Both the position numbers and the translations under genes were made by a program. A stretch of DNA of 64,000 nt from Paraphysomonas bandaiensis (Eukaryota > Protista > Chrysophyceae): the NCBI GenBank assembly GCA_965644295.1, contig CBFFRP010000424.1, forward strand, positions 1-64,000, in the 5' to 3' direction. Positions 63,050-64,000 of the stretch are shown here, piece by piece. The notes under the pieces are model-generated. The model ran no database searches, was not told the DNA's origin, and worked only from the letters and a program-made list of their open reading frames with translations. Every line of letters starts with the position of its first letter. The stretch's first letter is position 1.

Positions 63050-63998
63050 TAGTGAATGTCTTATTATTAGCAATAGGTGTTTAAGAATCAGAACTAATTT
63101 AACATTGCGATTTAAGTCTACCTCGTACTTAACTCTGATATTCTACTATTTAACAGAGCCGGACAATAATATATTATTGAATTGCAGTATATTGCAATTA
63201 TTTATTTTTGCTTGCTACAATATATTGATTATTATTTTAGCAAATTTGGCCTCGCAATATATACTATATTGCAGTATATTGCTTAATATACTTGTTAATC
63301 ATAAACTACTCTTCATAATCACATATAACTTATCTACTATTATAACATCGAACAATTATGATAACTACTACCTGCAACGAAGAACGGTATTCGTATTCAA
63401 TAGATTAGAATTCGTACTGTCTCTGTCACGCTATTCACCAAATAGTAAACTCCAAACTGTTTAAATTGATGCTGTCAACAATTTACATATACATATATGC
63501 TTTTATTATAATCTGAAACACAATGTCAGCCACTGAAATATTCTGCCCTCATCTGTTTCATATTTATACGTAAAATATAATGTATGTGAGCAGGCGAAGA
63601 AACCGTTTGTTATTACTATTTTGACTCTCCATGTCTGCTCATGATGTGTTTTGATCTCTTCATTCCTCTGATTTCATTGTTTCATTAATAAAACATTTGT
63701 AAAAGTGGGGAAAAACTAGGGTTGTAAAACTTTCATCATTATGTTGTAATCTCTACTAATAACTAGGTACTACCGATTGAGCTAATTTCTTATATATTAT
63801 AGCGCCAATATATACCAATATACTGCAACATATTTCATAATTATTATTGGTCTTGAAAATATTGTTATTATTAATTTTGCTGGCAATATATTGCAATATA
63901 TTGTTGACTGGCCCTGCCACTTAGCGCTACGAAAGCTGCTTGTGCATCACCGCAACTTAGTACCAACAAGGTGCAACCACTCTTGCTCTATCACTCAA
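63050..63998 (-). mobile_element. LINE 3' module variant A, split by a hAT-like element
   Basis: 63917-63998 and 63050-63153 are contiguous parts of the reverse complement of ~6235-6403. Confidence 0.75.
63154..63916. mobile_element. Non-autonomous hAT-like element
   Basis: TIRs CAGAGCCGGACAATAATAT / ATATTGTTGACTGGCCCTG; degenerate 8-bp TSD CTATTTAA/CCACTTAG; shares subterminal blocks with 30282-31198. Confidence 0.72.
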
Positions 63999-64000
63999 AG

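Noticed and set aside
1-64000. Fanzor/TnpB, rRNA or tRNA genes
   Set aside because: No RuvC/zinc-finger motif set in any ORF and no recognisable rRNA or cloverleaf sequence by eye; HMM, Infernal and tRNAscan runs would be needed to exclude them fully.

Overview
Eukaryotic nuclear DNA with compact genes and mostly ~50-60 nt GT-AG introns; gene style suggests a stramenopile, possibly a chrysophyte (inference). Host genes: GT2 glycosyltransferase, RNR small subunit, mu-like GST, tandem hot-dog thioesterase, ALKBH1-like dioxygenase, Sin3, MFS transporter, type II thioesterase, ankyrin, TLC, Pol5/MYBBP1A, MATH and coiled-coil proteins. Mobile DNA: a young full-length Ty1/copia element with non-canonical TA...CA LTRs, a 5'-truncated RNase H-bearing LINE split by a 2.8-kb foldback insertion, pogo and hAT relics, and seven copies of a structured LINE 3'-end module. 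Most notable: an intronless 818-aa protein with an organelle presequence-like N-terminus, ~13 helical repeats of mostly exactly 40 aa (OPR/HPR-like but a different period) and a degenerate RAP-like domain, a candidate modular RNA-binding system. Also notable: three unrelated intronic tandem repeats with nucleosome-scale periods (~140, 141, 146 bp). No CRISPR, rRNA, tRNA or Fanzor/TnpB was recognised. All assignments are by eye; no searches were run.
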